A stretch of 62,616 nucleotides of DNA, filler included, from Basidiobolus ranarum (taxonomy: Eukaryota): NCBI GenBank assembly GCA_040143965.1. It is 10 parts of 10 records of this genome, joined end to end, with 100 filler letters (N's around TTAATTAATTAA, not from the genome) between each part and the next. Parts side by side here need not be neighbours in the genome. Positions count along the whole stretch, not along the records: positions 1 to 6,187 come from JASJQH010008259.1; positions 6,288 to 12,471 come from JASJQH010008260.1; positions 12,572 to 18,753 come from JASJQH010008261.1; 7 more parts are not named here. The stretch is one strand, 5' to 3'. The notes below the pieces were generated by a model, which worked only from the letters and a program-made list of their open reading frames with translations, did not search any database and was not told the origin of the DNA. Within the stretch, counting starts at the first letter, position 1; every line of letters starts with the position of its first letter. Of the stretch, positions 1-14,683 are shown one piece after another. A program made the translations under genes and the position numbers.

Positions 1-3000
1 GCCTCTTTTCTCCATTCGGTGGGGTTGACACGAGTTAAGAATCCATGGACTAGCGCAAATAGTCGATCCAAGTTGATGGTATGCTGTGTAATATGAATCT
101 TCATGGATCTAGAAGATTTCCAAATACATTTTTGAACTAGATCAAGCAGCTTGTATGTGTCCGATTCAGTGATAGTGACACTAAAATCCTTGGGTTGATG
201 AAGAAAATCTACCAAGGTTCTCTCATACAGGTTGAATAATGCCTCATATAAAGCATTTTGATCGATGTGATCAATGATCATTGTCAGAAGTGTATTTAAG
301 GTCTTATTCATTAATGGGGTGCTTGAAGCAATTTCCTTCTCTGGTAGATCCTCCAGCAACAAGAGTTTAAGGACTTCTTCAATAATACCCTCTAATACAT
401 CAACTCGAAGGCTATAAGCAACAGCCTTCTTCATAACGATCTTGGTTAGAATTAAAAGCATATGCTTGATTTGTCTACACCAGACTTGGGAATCCAATTC
501 AGCGTCTTCAAAGAGAATATATATCTTAAGAGTCATGGCAGAGACGATATTATTTATATTCGGAAGTAGTGCAATGTAATTGTCCTTGAGAAGATCATCC
601 ACACTTTTCATCAACATCATTATTTCTGAAGCATTGGCGGTAGTGATTTTTGAAGCGAACATGGCGACTCTATGCTTCTCTACTTTAAGTGAAACAAGTC
701 CAACTGAAGTAGGAGATATGTGTTCTAAAGGAGCAACAGGAGATACAACTTTAAGAGGTTGAAATTCAAGATGAGCAGGAGTTTGGGTTGATTGAAGTGG
801 TTTCTTTCCCAATGTCAACTCATCTTTACCTAAGTTACCGGGTCGAGGTAAAAATGACTTTGGCCTATGAATTTTGGGTGATGACGAAGGCGAGATAGAT
901 AAGGAGGAGGAGGAAGTCGATAGAGACGACGGTGGTCTGGAAAACAGCGACGCTTTAGCGAGAGAAGAAGATGAGCGACTAAGCACCGAAGTGGGTTTAG
1001 GCAGAGCTGACATGGGACGTGCAAGAGATCTAGGTGACTTTTCGAAGTGGCCTAGTGAAGTTCCTGCACGAGGAAGGGCCAATTTAGATAGTGGTGTAGT
1101 TGGATGTTCTTGATGTTTGGGCAATGGTTTGGCGAGAGTGGTTACTGGTTTGCTTCTTTTTAGTTTCTCATCAAGCATGATTTTTTCTTTATCACTTAGC
1201 TTTCCAGTATATTTATAAATTGTATCGCCAATTTGAAGAAATGCCTGCACAATGACATTTAAAGCATTGTTGCGAACCTGGGCATCACGATCTCCAATAT
1301 GGGAAGCAATAATAGAAAAGCTTTTGATAGGAATAGTATTAACCCCACGAGATTTGATAACACTACCAAGCTCATCAAGACACTCTGCTCGAGTGCGAGC
1401 ATTCTTGGATTTAAGGCCATATTCCAAAATGTAAGTAACAATTTTGTTGGGGTTGAACAAGTGGTAAATTTGCTTGAGGATTGAGCGTAGTTGATTTCTG
1501 AGTACATCTTTAGGTTCACCGAGTTTATGAATGAATTGTGGGAGAAAAGCCGAGGCTTCGTACTCAGAAAGGCGATATCGGTTTTCATCAAACAAATCTA
1601 TCAAGTGCTCTAGAAGTTCTAGGGTTTTAAGTGTGAGGCTGGTGTTTGTATCGTGGAATCGTAAAGTCAAATACTTGAGTATCATATCAGCATTAGCTAT
1701 ATAGCGTTCAGCAAGATTTTTGGAATCGATCCCGAAACGATCCTGAGCATAGCACCTATTTACAATACAATCATCCAAGATTGTAAGGCCAGAAAGTATC
1801 TCGCGATCACGATAATGTTCCGTACTGAATAGCAATTTATGTACATTCGGGTTGAAATGGGGCCTCATCTGCTCAGCGAGCAAGTCTGTAAGATCCTGTC
1901 TAACTGTATCAAATGCCCATTTGCTCTGCCCTTTATCTTTCTCAGCTCGAGCGTTTTTCGTGCGGGGATCAGATGTTAGAATTGGCAACCCAGAGTCCGA
2001 ATTAAGGGATGGCGTTTTAGATTGTATTGGGGAAGCTATTATGGTGTTCCTTTTGTTGGGTATGATACGAGGCTTCAAGCTAAGGTTAGAAGCAAAAGCC
2101 TCCTCACCCATGGAATTTCGGTTTGGTGACTGTGTAGGTATAGGAAAAACACGTTTCTTGCTGATGACAGAGGGGCCGTTGCCTCTCTTTAAATCAAGAG
2201 GCCCCAACGGAGAGGGTTTGGATTTATATATAAGGTTGATAGCGGAAGATTCTCTTTTCGAGTCTATTTTCTTATCAACAACTAGTGATTTTTCTTCATC
2301 AGCTGGTGAATTAACGGGTAAAGTGTCAAGAGGCTTCAACCCATCAATAAAGCCTAGGACTGTTTGGAGTGAGGATCCATTTAGAGTGGTAGAGCACTGA
2401 GCTCTTATAGACGTGTATCCTATATTTTTTATCAAGAAAGCGAGCACATTTAGTGCATCCTTGCGAATCTCTGCACTGCGATCTTGAAGACAATGAAACA
2501 TGGACCGCACTAATGGAGAAAGATCTGGAATCTCACCCCCATCGCTTTCAAGTATAGCGAGTTTGTCGCTGAGCCACTTGAGTAAATCTTTCCGTAAAAC
2601 TTGCGAGTCGGGTAGAAGGATACCAGCGATAACAGGGATCATCAACCAAAGCATTCCGGCCAAGTAAAAACTATCTAATGCGCTGATGGCCGCTACACGA
2701 ACATGAGCCTTATTATCCGATAGACATCCTAAAACACTGGGAAGTACAATACGACACGACTTCTCAAAGGGGTGTCCCATGGCAATCGCCATTATTGAAA
2801 GGGTTTCTAATGTCATAATCATGAGATTTTTATTACTGTCGGCTAAACGTCCTTTGAGCGCTCCAGGAAGGTCTAAAACATATTGCTTAATTCTTTTGTT
2901 GGCAGCTTCCAATATTTTCTGAAACCCTTCTAAACACTCCTTTCTCACCTTCCCATTACCATCCTCGAGCTGTTTAAGAAGCTTTGTATTGATTTGGGAG

Positions 3001-5888
3001 CTAATGTCAACACGAGGAAACAGATCGTCGAGAATATCAACTGATTTGGTTGCTCTGTCCTTACCACTAGGAATGGTAGAGGCTGCTTTCAATAAAGTCA
3101 ATCCTTTTAGAGGTTCGGGTGGAGACTGTCCTTCCACTCTTGAAAACTCAGCGTCAATACTTGAAAGCTGAGAAGGACTTAATTCTTTGACAAAAGAACG
3201 AATATCAGGTCCAATATACATATGAAGACAGCCAAATACAGTCACTGTATTGTTTCTAACCGCAGCATTTGAGCTGCCAAGGGCATGTTTTAAGAATTCA
3301 ACAAGCTCCCGAATATCCAAGCCAACGATACCAAACTCCAAAATAATCTCTCGGACCCAAGATAATGAGTCAGACAAAATTTTGGGACTTTTCGCCTTTT
3401 TCCAAGATTCGTAGCTATGATGGAGAACAAACTGAAGAGAATACTTTTCTCCAATGGAGGAGAAACACTCACCAGTGGGCTTTTTTAACTTTGCATCACC
3501 AAGTTTCTCGGCCATTCCTGGTACGATCAGTACAGCACAACCCTTCGAAAAAGCGGGGACTTTTTCACAAAGCAGTTGGAATATTCCATACATGTGGGTA
3601 GCTACTTGAAAGTTTACCTCTTTAAAGCCAGGCTTTCTAATCAATTGGCGAACAATCAATTCCGGTTCCACGTTCTCCACATTCGATTCAAGTTGGATTC
3701 GTAGCAATTCCATTGCTGTTAGTCTACTTTTCCAATTGCTGGACAAAATATCTTCGAGAATCGATGCAGGTATTACGTCAAGAACGTGAGCTTCAAAATC
3801 CTCATTAGAGAATTTGAACTTTATAGGTTCATTGATTTTAGTCATGTCAATACTTGCAGCACCATTTTTAGTGACGGGCTTTGATGTAGTAATCTTTAAA
3901 GGCGTCTTTATCGAAATTGGCTTAGTGAGAATTGATTTAGACTTATTCTCAATAGAAGGGAATTTTTTCGTCTGATTGGGGGCCAGCGGTGAGAAAGGAG
4001 TTGTTTTAAGAGTATCATTAGATCCCAATACTTTGCCATTTGGTGGAGCTCTTTTAGCAGACTTTGCAGGTGCGGAAATCGGATTTTGCTTCGTTACAAT
4101 ATATTTCTTAGGAACTATCTGTACCACTTGCACTTCAGCTTTTTCGAAATATTCGCGAACTCTAATTTCTTTGATCTTGTCGAGTTTCCCTACGAGAGGG
4201 GTGAGCGATTTCTCTCCAACTACTTTCATCAATGTCCCTAGGCCCTCTGCTGCTGTGTCACGAACATTTGTATCTCCATCGTCTAATCCTTTCAAAAATA
4301 GTTCGCTCATCCACTTGACTTCACCTTTATCGGGTGTGCTTGTTATGACCTTCAAGCAACGAGTTATCCATCTATGAGTTTCAGCCTTCACTAGGGGATT
4401 CTTATGATTCAAAATGGCGGTAACTTCTTCGAATATATCCGAAATATTGATTGCAATAAACACAGCGTCAAGACAAGATCGTAAGCCATCAACCACAGTA
4501 GATTTTTTCTCTTTCAATTTCTCTAAAACTGGTGGAATAACCACCGATTTATATGGACGAAACCTTTTTCGAAGGCCTAGAGCGATGGCTTCCAGACAAC
4601 TTACCGCTGTCATTCCCACCATCACATTGGGATCCCCAATACGTTTTGTTAAGGTGGCAATCAATTCCGAATAGTTATCATCCGATAATTTCGGTGTTTT
4701 AACCACACTTAATAGTATTTCTAGCGCTTCTTTTCTTTCCTTCCATTTGGTCGATGCCAATTCTGTGAAAAAAGTTGGAGATATCTTTTTTAATGCGTCA
4801 ACTGGTTCAGCGAGGTCATAGAGATCGAGATTAGCATGAACAACGCACTCAACATTGTCATTATCTTCAATTAAATGGTTAGTCTATCGTTGTTGATTAA
4901 ACCCTGACTTCTGTTACCTACCTTCTTCTGAGATAGAATCATCTATGGTAGCTGCGGCTGCTTGTTGACATCGTAATCTTCTTTCTGTTACTGGTATCCC
5001 AGCTGGAAGTTTCTCGAATGCCTCTTTAAGTTCTTTAATCTACAGTATGATGAAGTCAATTATATGAGGTTACACATCAAGGTGGAGTGAGGAATCCTAC
5101 CTGCACAGGTTTTAAATCCAGAAGGGCCGAGTTGAGAGCAGGACCAAGCCACCTATACAGTTCTATAGTTAACAAGGCTCCCTCAGCACGAACATTTTTA
5201 TCCGAGTGACCAAAAATCTTTGGTAATATTTTCAGAATAAGTTTGACATTGATCATCATAGTACCATATACATGAATAATTTCCTTCAGAGTAAACACAG
5301 TAGCAGCCACTATTTTAGGTACTTTACTATTTAAACCAATGATCACATCCACAATCACTGGATCCGGAATATCCACTTCAATATATAACAGTAATAGCTC
5401 CACTGCTTTCATTTTCGTACCTGCACGAGTACTTCCAAGACATTTCTCCACAATTACTGGGACAACAACCTCTCTAGTTCTATGGAATGAGAGAATATTA
5501 ATAAATAATTTGAGGAAAGGAAAAGGAATTCTATCTCTTCAAAGAATCTCTATTTATACGCACTTATTAGCGTTGGGTGCATTCTCGACATAGGCAGTCA
5601 CAGCAACAAGTGCGGCTTCTTGAGCAGCAATATTAGAATCGGATATGAAGTTTTTGAAGTGACCACAATATTTGTCAAACTCCAATCCAAGTTCGGTCGT
5701 TTTGTACAATTCAGTCAACTCTTCAAAAGCTTGTAAGCGTGCTTTCCAGTTCTAAGGGAAATATAAAAACGGTAAGATAGAGGTAAAAATGGACCATTTA
5801 TTCTCTATTTCAAAGTAAGTTGGGTTCACTATACCTTATGAGTGAGTTTTTCTTCAAGGGATAAACTGGAGAAGTCGTTATCGGTCAT
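1..5888 (-). CDS. STU2: XMAP215/ch-TOG (Stu2/Alp14 family) microtubule polymerase, five TOG domains, 3' end truncated by window start
   Basis: ATG at 5888 (MTDNDFSSLSLEEKLTHK|NWKARLQAFEEL). GT-AG introns at 5752-5834, 5480-5563, 5040-5100 and about 4865/4884-4921 (acceptor uncertain), then one long exon running off position 1. TOG motifs read by hand: ELASTKWKERKEALE, LSSNWKSRLTAMELL, DLFPRVDISSQI, and a TOG5-like KWAFDTVRQDL. Confidence 0.93.
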
Positions 5889-6187
5889 TTTAAGTACTTA
5901 CTACGTTTTAAGGATATTATTATTGTAAGGTGTAGACCGTATAATCTAAGGAAAACCCTCAAAGTGAAAACCGATGAACGTCCAAGTTAAGTTAAACAAC
6001 TAGATTAGGATAATGAGAAAAATATTTTACGAAACAAATGGCAAATATTAATGCGTCGAAGAAAAATGACGTCTAGTTAGGATTTGAAAAATAAAATTTG
6101 CAAAAGATTAAAATAAAATATCGTAAAGTCTGGAAGAAGGTTTAAAAATTTTAACTTCGTAACAAATTTAAAAAATATTTCGTAAAG

Positions 6188-6287
6188 NNNNNNNNNNNNN
6201 NNNNNNNNNNNNNNNNNNNNNNNNNNNNNNNTTAATTAATTAANNNNNNNNNNNNNNNNNNNNNNNNNNNNNNNNNNNNNNNNNNNN
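6188..6287. other. Artificial contig linker (N-run with TTAATTAATTAA all-frame stop); same linker at 12472-12571, 18754-18853, 25028-25127, 31298-31397, 37566-37665, 43833-43932, 50095-50194, 56357-56456
   Basis: Identical 100-nt N44-TTAATTAATTAA-N44 spacer; flanking contig lengths fall monotonically from 6187 to 6160. Confidence 0.99.
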
Positions 6288-7293
6288 CGATCGGGCTGGC
6301 AGAGGCTGCTTCACCCACCAAGTTAGTCACAATAGAATCTATTCAAATATTAGCCATGAAAGACCTATCCAAATTAAGCCATGATTTTGAAGTTGATTGT
6401 CAGCAGTGAATATAAAATCGCTCGGATTACCATAAAAGGATAACGACACGAGCAAAACTTTTGCACTTGACAACAGGCATCTTCCGCTTTCGACTGATTT
6501 GGCATTATCGGATTGCTTCTGGACACCTGCTTTCAGCATGGGTTACCTTGATTCACCATCACAGTGTACAGGTTGGCACGTCATGTTGGAAGTAGCTATG
6601 TGTACAGTGGTTGAATTGAGTGCCTGTGAGGGATTTTCTAAAGATGCCTGTCGAGCCATTAGTAAGAATCCTCAGAAACCATCCTGTATCTAATTTATCG
6701 CCAGAGCGATTTGATCTCCCCCTGGTGAGTCATAGTTTGTTTGCTGGGATGAATTGTAGTTTTTGGAGCTACATGTGGCAGAGCAACTGGTGGCTGATGT
6801 ACTGAAATCCCAGTTCCTATTCATTGCATAGTTTTCATGGAAATTAAGTCATTCTTGATAAGGAATAGATGATATATTGGTTATATATACATAAATCAGT
6901 ACATGCATTTAATACGGAATTCACAAGGTCAATTCAAGCTAATAACAAAGGAGACCAAAATAAAATTAATCGACATCAACAACTAGTGTGAGTTGTAGTA
7001 ATGGGTGTCTAGATTTCAAAAAAGATACATCCAATCCAAGCCATTTCAATGGAAAGATTTTACCCAATAAGTACAGAGTTTTGGGTGGAAACACTTGAAT
7101 AGTAAGTAGACTACAATAACCCACTGCACTAACAGTACAGCTACCACTGTCAAAGCAGATACTCGCACTCCACGGCCATTGCAGAAAACTCTATCAGTTC
7201 TGTATTTCTGCTTGGAAGATGAGAGTTGTCATTAATGTGTAATTAGAAACAAGATTCGATAGACGAAGTAAAATAATATGATCTTCAAAACAA

Positions 7294-9134
7294 TCAAGAT
7301 TGTGGTTGCTTTAAAGCTTGGGAGAAGTCAAAGCGCTGGCTATTAGTCGAGTTCCCACTGTCATACCCACTACCTTCATACTGAATGTCAGCCGTTTCAT
7401 AGACATTCTCGTTCTCACTTTCAGGTGGACTGAGCGTTTCGAACAATAAACCCAAAGATTCTGGATGAAGTGAATTGTTATGACCATGCGGCCGATCATA
7501 GTTTTGTTCTCGGTGAACATCTGTTGAAGGCTCTGAAAAATCATGTGATTCGTTGGTTTCTCCAGTTATAAAGTGTGCCGCATTAGGAAGTTTTATACGT
7601 TTGTTCATGGAAGGAGATATATCACAATAGAAACTTGAATTGGGCTGGGCGATGGAAGGCGAAGGCAGTGAATTAGGCGACAAGGTAAGTGGTGAAGGAA
7701 AGCTTGTGAAATTCCTACTGATATGTGTAGACATAGGCTTCGCCAAGGGACTTGAAATAGAGCCTCCATTTGAATAATGGTTTGCTCCGTAGCTGTCTTC
7801 CGAATCATCAAAAATCCTTTTTTTTAGATTCATGGATGGCCTTCCAGAGACATCTAATGCTTTGTTATTTGGCTCTGCTGGTGGTATAAAATGCCCTGAT
7901 GAGAACTTGGAATAATGGTCGGAATTGATACTGGGTGAGTTGTGGGAAGAGTCAGATACTTCATCATTGTCATTCCGCCCTACAAGTGGTGATGAGTGTA
8001 GAGTGTTGTGAATATTTGGACTAGAGCCAACTGAGGTATGTGATATCCCTTGTGATGTGTAGAGTTCTTGTCCACTAATATTAAGTTGAGACATTGTTCC
8101 TCCATATGGCATTGGCGGTTTGGAGTGAGACCCGGCAGAAGAACCAAGTGGGCTCATGTAGGCATGTGCACCTGAAGGAGCAGAGACCTGCTGTACGCCA
8201 ACATTTGGAGGGCAATGAGGGTTGTACAAGAAAGGAGAGGGATCCTCCACAAAGAGAGGATACAGTAAGTCTGCAATTTTGAACTGGGCAGCTAAAGCCT
8301 TGGCTCTTTGGAAAGTAATCCTATAAATGATGGTCAACCATTAGCCAATCTATTTTGAAACTTGGGAATTTTTTACCTATTGATCTTACCAAACTCCTTT
8401 CAAGTGCATTGCTCCAACTTTTACTACAACTCTTCCTTTTTCGTTTTTGAGGATACCATCTCGCTTTCCTCTAGACATTCCAGTGACGTTCAGGAGTTTA
8501 GTGCCATTGACCATGTCATTATCTACGGTGGAAAAAGATTAAGTTATATAGGTATTACTTCAAAATTAAACAAATTCAAAGATATGGTACCTTGGCGACG
8601 AGCTACACATATTCCCTTAGCATCAACCTGGTAGCAAACGGTATTTTCATCCTCCCAGAGTGTCGTAGTTAGTTTAGGACGAGGTTGATTTGTAAAACCC
8701 ATGCCAGCAAGACCAAGCCAAGAGTTATTCATGCCAGCGGGAAGCATACCGCTGGCCCAGGAGGTAGTGGGCGACCACGGACTAGTAGGATAGGCCGTTC
8801 GTGGAGAATCCGTCATCGAGGGATGCGAGGAATAAAGTTGAGGTGACTGTGCTGGAGTACCACCTCCGTAGAATGTATCTTGGAGTGGAATACCCATGGA
8901 AAGATTGGGGCCGTAGCCACCTGGTGAGTTGACACCAACAAATGGATTGTTAGAGGAAGGTGATTGAAAACTAGATGCATAGGGTGAAAAGTAAGGGCTA
9001 GGAATTGGAGAGTTCAGGTTGGTAGCCGAATGATCCTGCCCATTTCCACCAACGCGACCTGCAGAAATTGGAGAACCAGCATTGACAAAATGCGAAGCTT
9101 GTGTAGGAGAAGAGAATGGAAAGGGGGAAGACAT
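7294..9134 (-). CDS. stuA: APSES (KilA-N) transcription factor, StuA/Sok2/Phd1/Efg1 subfamily
   Basis: Spliced APSES domain [96 protein letters not shown]; introns 8523-8590 and 8321-8389; S/P/N-rich low-complexity flanks. Start assigned to MSSPFPF. Confidence 0.95.
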
Positions 9135-12100
9135 AGTGCAGGTATCAAATGAATTTGACAAGCAGAGCACTCTAGTATGGTAGCCTCCAGCTAGACGTAA
9201 TTCTACTCTTAGCAGTAAATCAGCAAGATTTACTCAAATTGCGGGTAAGGCTGCGGAGCAAATACACTCGAAGTATAGCTAATTCGATGTTAAAATAAGT
9301 AATGAGCGTATTGAAAGAAATCGAGTAGAATGTGAAGAAACTCGAATATTAAATTAACTGGTGTGGGTTGCGAAGGTTTTAAATAGAGAGATTGAGGATA
9401 CCAGACACCTGTTGAGCCTCGAGCTGACCAGATTAATTTCAATATTAGCGATAGGAGGAAGGATAAGGGGAACCAATTTCTTTCCCCTTTTTTATAAGAT
9501 CATTCTGGATCAAAGCCCCCTGAATATGAGTTAGACTGCCTATTATCTGTCTTTTGGCAACACGGACCAGAGCTAAGTTGATAAATAATACTTTCCAGTA
9601 GAGCCACTATAGAGACGATTAATATTATGTAAGGTTTGTAACAAAGGGCAAGTTGATTTAATTGTAACTTGAACCGACAAGATGCTTGCTGTATCATGTA
9701 CTCCCATGCCCCTTAGCATGTACGACTACGCGAATGAGTGTGAGGATTTGGATAAATACAATTAAAGGATTCCTGCCACGAATAGCACTTGTTCCTGACG
9801 AGAACCATTCAATGTTGAAACGGATACAGGCGTTTTAATGTATACCATCCACAGGTTTTGATCCTACACATGCCAATCCAGGCTCCAATGCTTAGAGAGA
9901 TTTTTCAGCGAAGTCGGAATTTACTGCTATGTTTCAGCATTTTTAAGATAAAAACAGCGACCAAAGACCCTCACCAACATAGCATGTTTAGAATTGAGAG
10001 CGAGAGACGAGAGTTCTGCCCTTAAGCTAATCCATACAATATAGACTTGCAGCTATGATTCCATCACCACTTATTAATAATTCAAACCCTGCATATGACT
10101 TGGAATATGGGAATCCATGTGGCTTTATCCCGGATTCGAAAACATTTAGGCAGGTTTGCATGCATCTATGACTTTGAGGTATGCCTGTTGGGCTCCTCAA
10201 GATCGTACTCTCTAAAATGACAAACAAATGGCTGAATTCCGGATTGTAGCCCAGGAACAAAGATAGCACTCAGATCATTTTCTGGTCGCTATTCTTTTGC
10301 TCTGTTTTTTGCGGGCATCAGTGGGCCATTCAATATCACCTACTATGGTCAGATGGGGGATGTGAATTTATGCACAGGTGTGGCGAGTGATTCTAAAGTG
10401 AGTAACGTATTAAATTAAATGAGATTAATGAATCTAAAATCCGAGGTCAAGATTTTGTAGAATGTGGTTATATGTTGATATAGATCCTATTCCATTGGCT
10501 TCCCATGTTGAGGTTGACAGCGCACGTAACGAAACCCACTCACAATCTAGGATATACCAGCTTTGAGGACCAGACAGTATCCAAAAAAACCCTGGTTTGA
10601 TCATGACGCAACTTGCGGTTTGGGTACGATAGAGGAAATTCAATCGTAGCCGAAATGTCCTTGAGTCAGCCAGAGCTGCAGCGTGGGGCTATTGCTCTGT
10701 GCAGGAAGGTGAGGAAATATGCTCTCTTGAGCTATCGACGAATTCAACGCCCATGGAGACCGGGTTACGTGGGTGGTATTGGTAGGTCTCGAAGTGCCAC
10801 ATGAGTAGAACTATTACTCTGCGGATAAAACGTGATTTGATTTAATCTTTCACAAAAGCCTTTGTATCAGAATAAACCAGAAAACAATGAGATTTGGATT
10901 CAGTTTCAAATGCAAAGACTATTTTACAAATCACCCGTCTAGCTTTGCAGAACCACATGTAAAAAGTTTCTGGAATTGGTTGATTCACCAACTGTGCTGC
11001 TAGTCTTTCATTCCAAACCATCGATCCCATTTTGTATTAGATATTCATTGCAAATCCATATAGCTTTACATACTGGGCTTTAAATCCATCAGGTATGGCA
11101 AGTTGTTAACCTAGGTACTCAACGCATAACTTATGCATAAATGGCCAATTAGGCTTTGGGTCTCAATCCGATCTCGCAAATCATCCATCTGTTAATTAAC
11201 ATATGAACGGAATCAGAATTATGATTGTTTCCGATTAGCCAACAGGCTTCGCATACACTCTGCTCTTGAATCCCCGCAAGAATACACCCGACAGGGATTT
11301 CCAATCTCCTAGAATTCGTCAGATCAAAGATGGAGACCATAGGTCTAGAGTCATCTGCGTAATCAGGTTTAAACCATGTTACGCATTAGCTTGAACGATT
11401 GTTTGGTCTCAAACTGAGATACATAAACCGCTGTTTTACATGAAACGTTTTGTCAGTACGGCGACAACTTTGGACCACATTGACACTCAAACCTGGTTTT
11501 TCAAATAATTGAATGGTCTTACATGGCTTCGTTAGCCAGATGTAGCTTAATTTACCTCCATGATGTGAGGAACTAGTGAGACTCCTTTTCAGATTGGCAT
11601 CAGCTTTGATCATAGCAATCAAATAATGACTTGAATGAACATGCAACTCCATGAGCAAGATATTGTTCCATGATCATCAATTGTGCATTAAGAGTTTGAC
11701 TAACCTTCCCTAGAATCTCCATTGGCCATCTAAGTAGCACAAAATCATGAAACTTGAGGAATCTTTGGGATTAAGCAGGCCTATGGTGGTACTAGCTGGG
11801 TACTCGAGAATTGAGTGGCCACAGCTCTAAAATGAGATCTATCCGTCTCTTTGGATCCCTATTACTCACATATGAATCCGCGTATTACCCATTCTATAAC
11901 AATTGATTGACTAAAGAGATTTTTATGCTTGTTCAGAACAATATCAAAGCGGAAATCTGCATTGCCAGGGTTTTCCCTCAAGACATGATATGATTCCGAA
12001 TACTATAATACATATACAACTGCTGGCATTAGAAGTACTTTGAAAAACTCCATGATGCAAGGTATTGAATATGCCATTATATGTATACAGTGCTTGACTC

Positions 12101-12426
12101 AATCCGAAGAGTGCAAGTAGCATACCAGAATGGTGACTTCATAGCTTCTGTGAAAAAATCCTGATTTCAATGCTCCAGAATATGTGTGCTCTTCACAATT
12201 GTCATCATTGCCCTTTGATACTCTTGGCACTCATTTTCTAGTATCAGCATGCTCTATTCTTGCACTTTAAATTTTAGCTCAGATACTATATATTCATTTT
12301 TGGGTCTAAGCACTGCTCAAAATTTATAAAACCATACCCTTATATATTCTCAGCTGTACTATCAAGCAAGGAGCAATGTATAATATTTAACAAGCACCTA
12401 TGCAAAGATTGATGGAAAGGTGAAAC

Positions 12427-12471
12427 TGTTGAAATTAGCATTGCCTAAACACCTATATAGTCATATATAGC
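12427..12471 (+). mobile_element. 5' end of LTR-like repeat family A, truncated by contig end
   Basis: TGTTGAAATTAGCATTGCCTAAACACCTATATAGTCATATATAGC matches the copies at 38594, 49886, 60258 and 60000(-). Confidence 0.85.
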
Positions 12472-12571
12472 NNNNNNNNNNNNNNNNNNNNNNNNNNNNN
12501 NNNNNNNNNNNNNNNTTAATTAATTAANNNNNNNNNNNNNNNNNNNNNNNNNNNNNNNNNNNNNNNNNNNN

Positions 12572-12680
12572 CCACTTCATCGATTAGTGTGCTAGCATAG
12601 TGGTTCTTTTGAGTATTTTTTCAGTTCATGGATACTACTGGAGGCATATACTGATATCGTATAATGATAGTGACTATCAT
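12572..12680 (+). repeat. Left arm of 109-bp inverted repeat (partner 16135-16243)
   Basis: Reverse complement of 16135-16243 with one mismatch seen; begins exactly at the contig start. Confidence 0.95.
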
Positions 12681-13451
12681 GATTCTTGAGGGTTATCAAA
12701 TCGGAGTCTTTAGCTTACCAAATTGAAGTTACTCCATTCAACTAGAAAACCTAGCTCAATAAACTACATAGATATATACCACTTTGTGAGATTAAAAGTT
12801 CAACTCTCCTACCAAGGTGCTCTAACTCATTATACGTCGCTTTGGCCCTAAAAATAGTACACTTATAGTACAGTCAACTGGCTCCTCAGGTCTGTTCTTT
12901 TGATTATTAAGGCTAGAATTGATACAATATGGTAATGACAACGGAAATACATACACCTCAAATGAAAGACGAACATCAAAATATTCAAGTTTCGAGCCTT
13001 TGAAATTATCTAGTTGATTGATGATTATATCACGTGCTGATTCATTGGTTTTATTGTTATTTTTAGAGAGGCTGAACCATTGGGCTTTGTTTACAACTTT
13101 GGCATATTTAGGATCGAAGACATCACTAATCAGGTAAATTCTATATCACGTATCATGTTCCCTTAGAATGGCAGGCTGATATGAATTCGTAGGTTTCTTC
13201 ATTATAGTAGAATGGTTGGTATACTTAAACTTGGAAAGATCTATTTCATACGCCTACATACGATTCTAGTCTCACCATTTTCATATAAGACTAAGCCTTG
13301 CTCTATGCACGTTGTGGATTGTACTTAAACTTATGCTCAGCCCCAATATCTAAGGTCTCATACAAATAAGATTTCTCTATCGAATCCTTTATTTTGAAAG
13401 GATATTTTCTTTAAGCAAGGTCCTTTCGTCGTATAATTTCGGTCAAGCAAT

Positions 13452-14683
13452 ATGGAAGACAAATATATCGGCCTATGTCTAGCTACTTCATCAAGTTTGC
13501 TGATAGGTGTTAGCTTCATTCTAACAAAGAAGGGCCTAATAGACTCCTCTCATCATGGTATCATTACGTTTCTTTGCTTCCTAAAATATACCCTTACTTA
13601 AGTATATGTTTCAGGTGCTACTAGCGGCGATACTTATTCTTACCTGACAAATTACACCTGGTGGACTGGAATGGTCACAAGTAAATAATATGATTCTCAA
13701 TATTTTCACGAAATACCTCTAATGCAATGTTTACAGTGGTATTAGGAGAAATCGCAAACTTTGCTGCATATTCTTTTGCTCCAGCTATACTTGTCACACC
13801 TCTAGGAGCACTTACTGTACTGATTAGGTAAACATATGTGTGATACATATATACTTCAACCAGTTTGGTAACAATTTTTCAGTGCTGTCTTGGCTTCTTG
13901 GTTTTTAGATGAGAGACTCAACTCAACAGGCAAAGCGGGTTGCGCATTATGTCTAATTGGCTCCGTAATCATCGTTTTGCATTCTCCCGAGGATAAGGAA
14001 ATCGTTTCTGTCGACAGCGTTCTACATCTGGCCCTTCAACCACGTAATAAAGGATAATCCTTTATTTCTATGTCTATTCAAACTGTGCTAACATCTTTAC
14101 TCCAGCTTTCTTGATATATTGTGGTTTAGTGCTTACGACTTGCCTGTTCCTAATATTTTGGATGGTTCCAAAACATGGCAAAAAGAATTCTCTAGTTTAT
14201 ATCACAATATGTTCCTTAGCAGGGTCAGTAAGTGTCATGGCGGTCAAAGCCTTTGGAATTGCCTTAAAGTTGACCTTCGCAGGTTCAAATCAACTCTCGC
14301 ATCCCTCAACTTACGTGTTCGCTGCAGTCATTGCAATTTCGATTTTGACTCAAATGAATTATTTCAATAAGGCACTGAATTTATTTCCAACTCACGTAGT
14401 CACACCGATCTACTATGTTTTCTTCACCACAGCAACGATTGTTGCATCAGCCCTTTTGTTTCAAGGATTCAACGAATCCAATCCAGTTAACCTTACTTCG
14501 CTATTCTGTGGATTTTTCACGATTTTTGTTGGGGTATTTCTTTTGAATTCTAATCCACATGGTACTCACCCTGATACTTCGAGGAAGCTGCCGATGTACG
14601 ATACAGGAGATATGTCAAATATGTCACTGCTGAAATCTAGTCCAGAGCTACGTAGACTTGAAAGCGACACTGAGTCATGTTAG
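13452..14683 (+). CDS. NIPA-family magnesium transporter
   Basis: [29 protein letters not shown]...[11 protein letters not shown]...[23 protein letters not shown]...QMNYFNKAL...[12 protein letters not shown]; four short GT-AG introns (first 13558-13614). Confidence 0.95.

Noticed and set aside
580-5593. Many plus-strand ORFs (e.g. 1852-2400, 3976-4377)
   Set aside because: Antisense shadows of the long XMAP215 exon, which the track missed because it has no stop inside the window.
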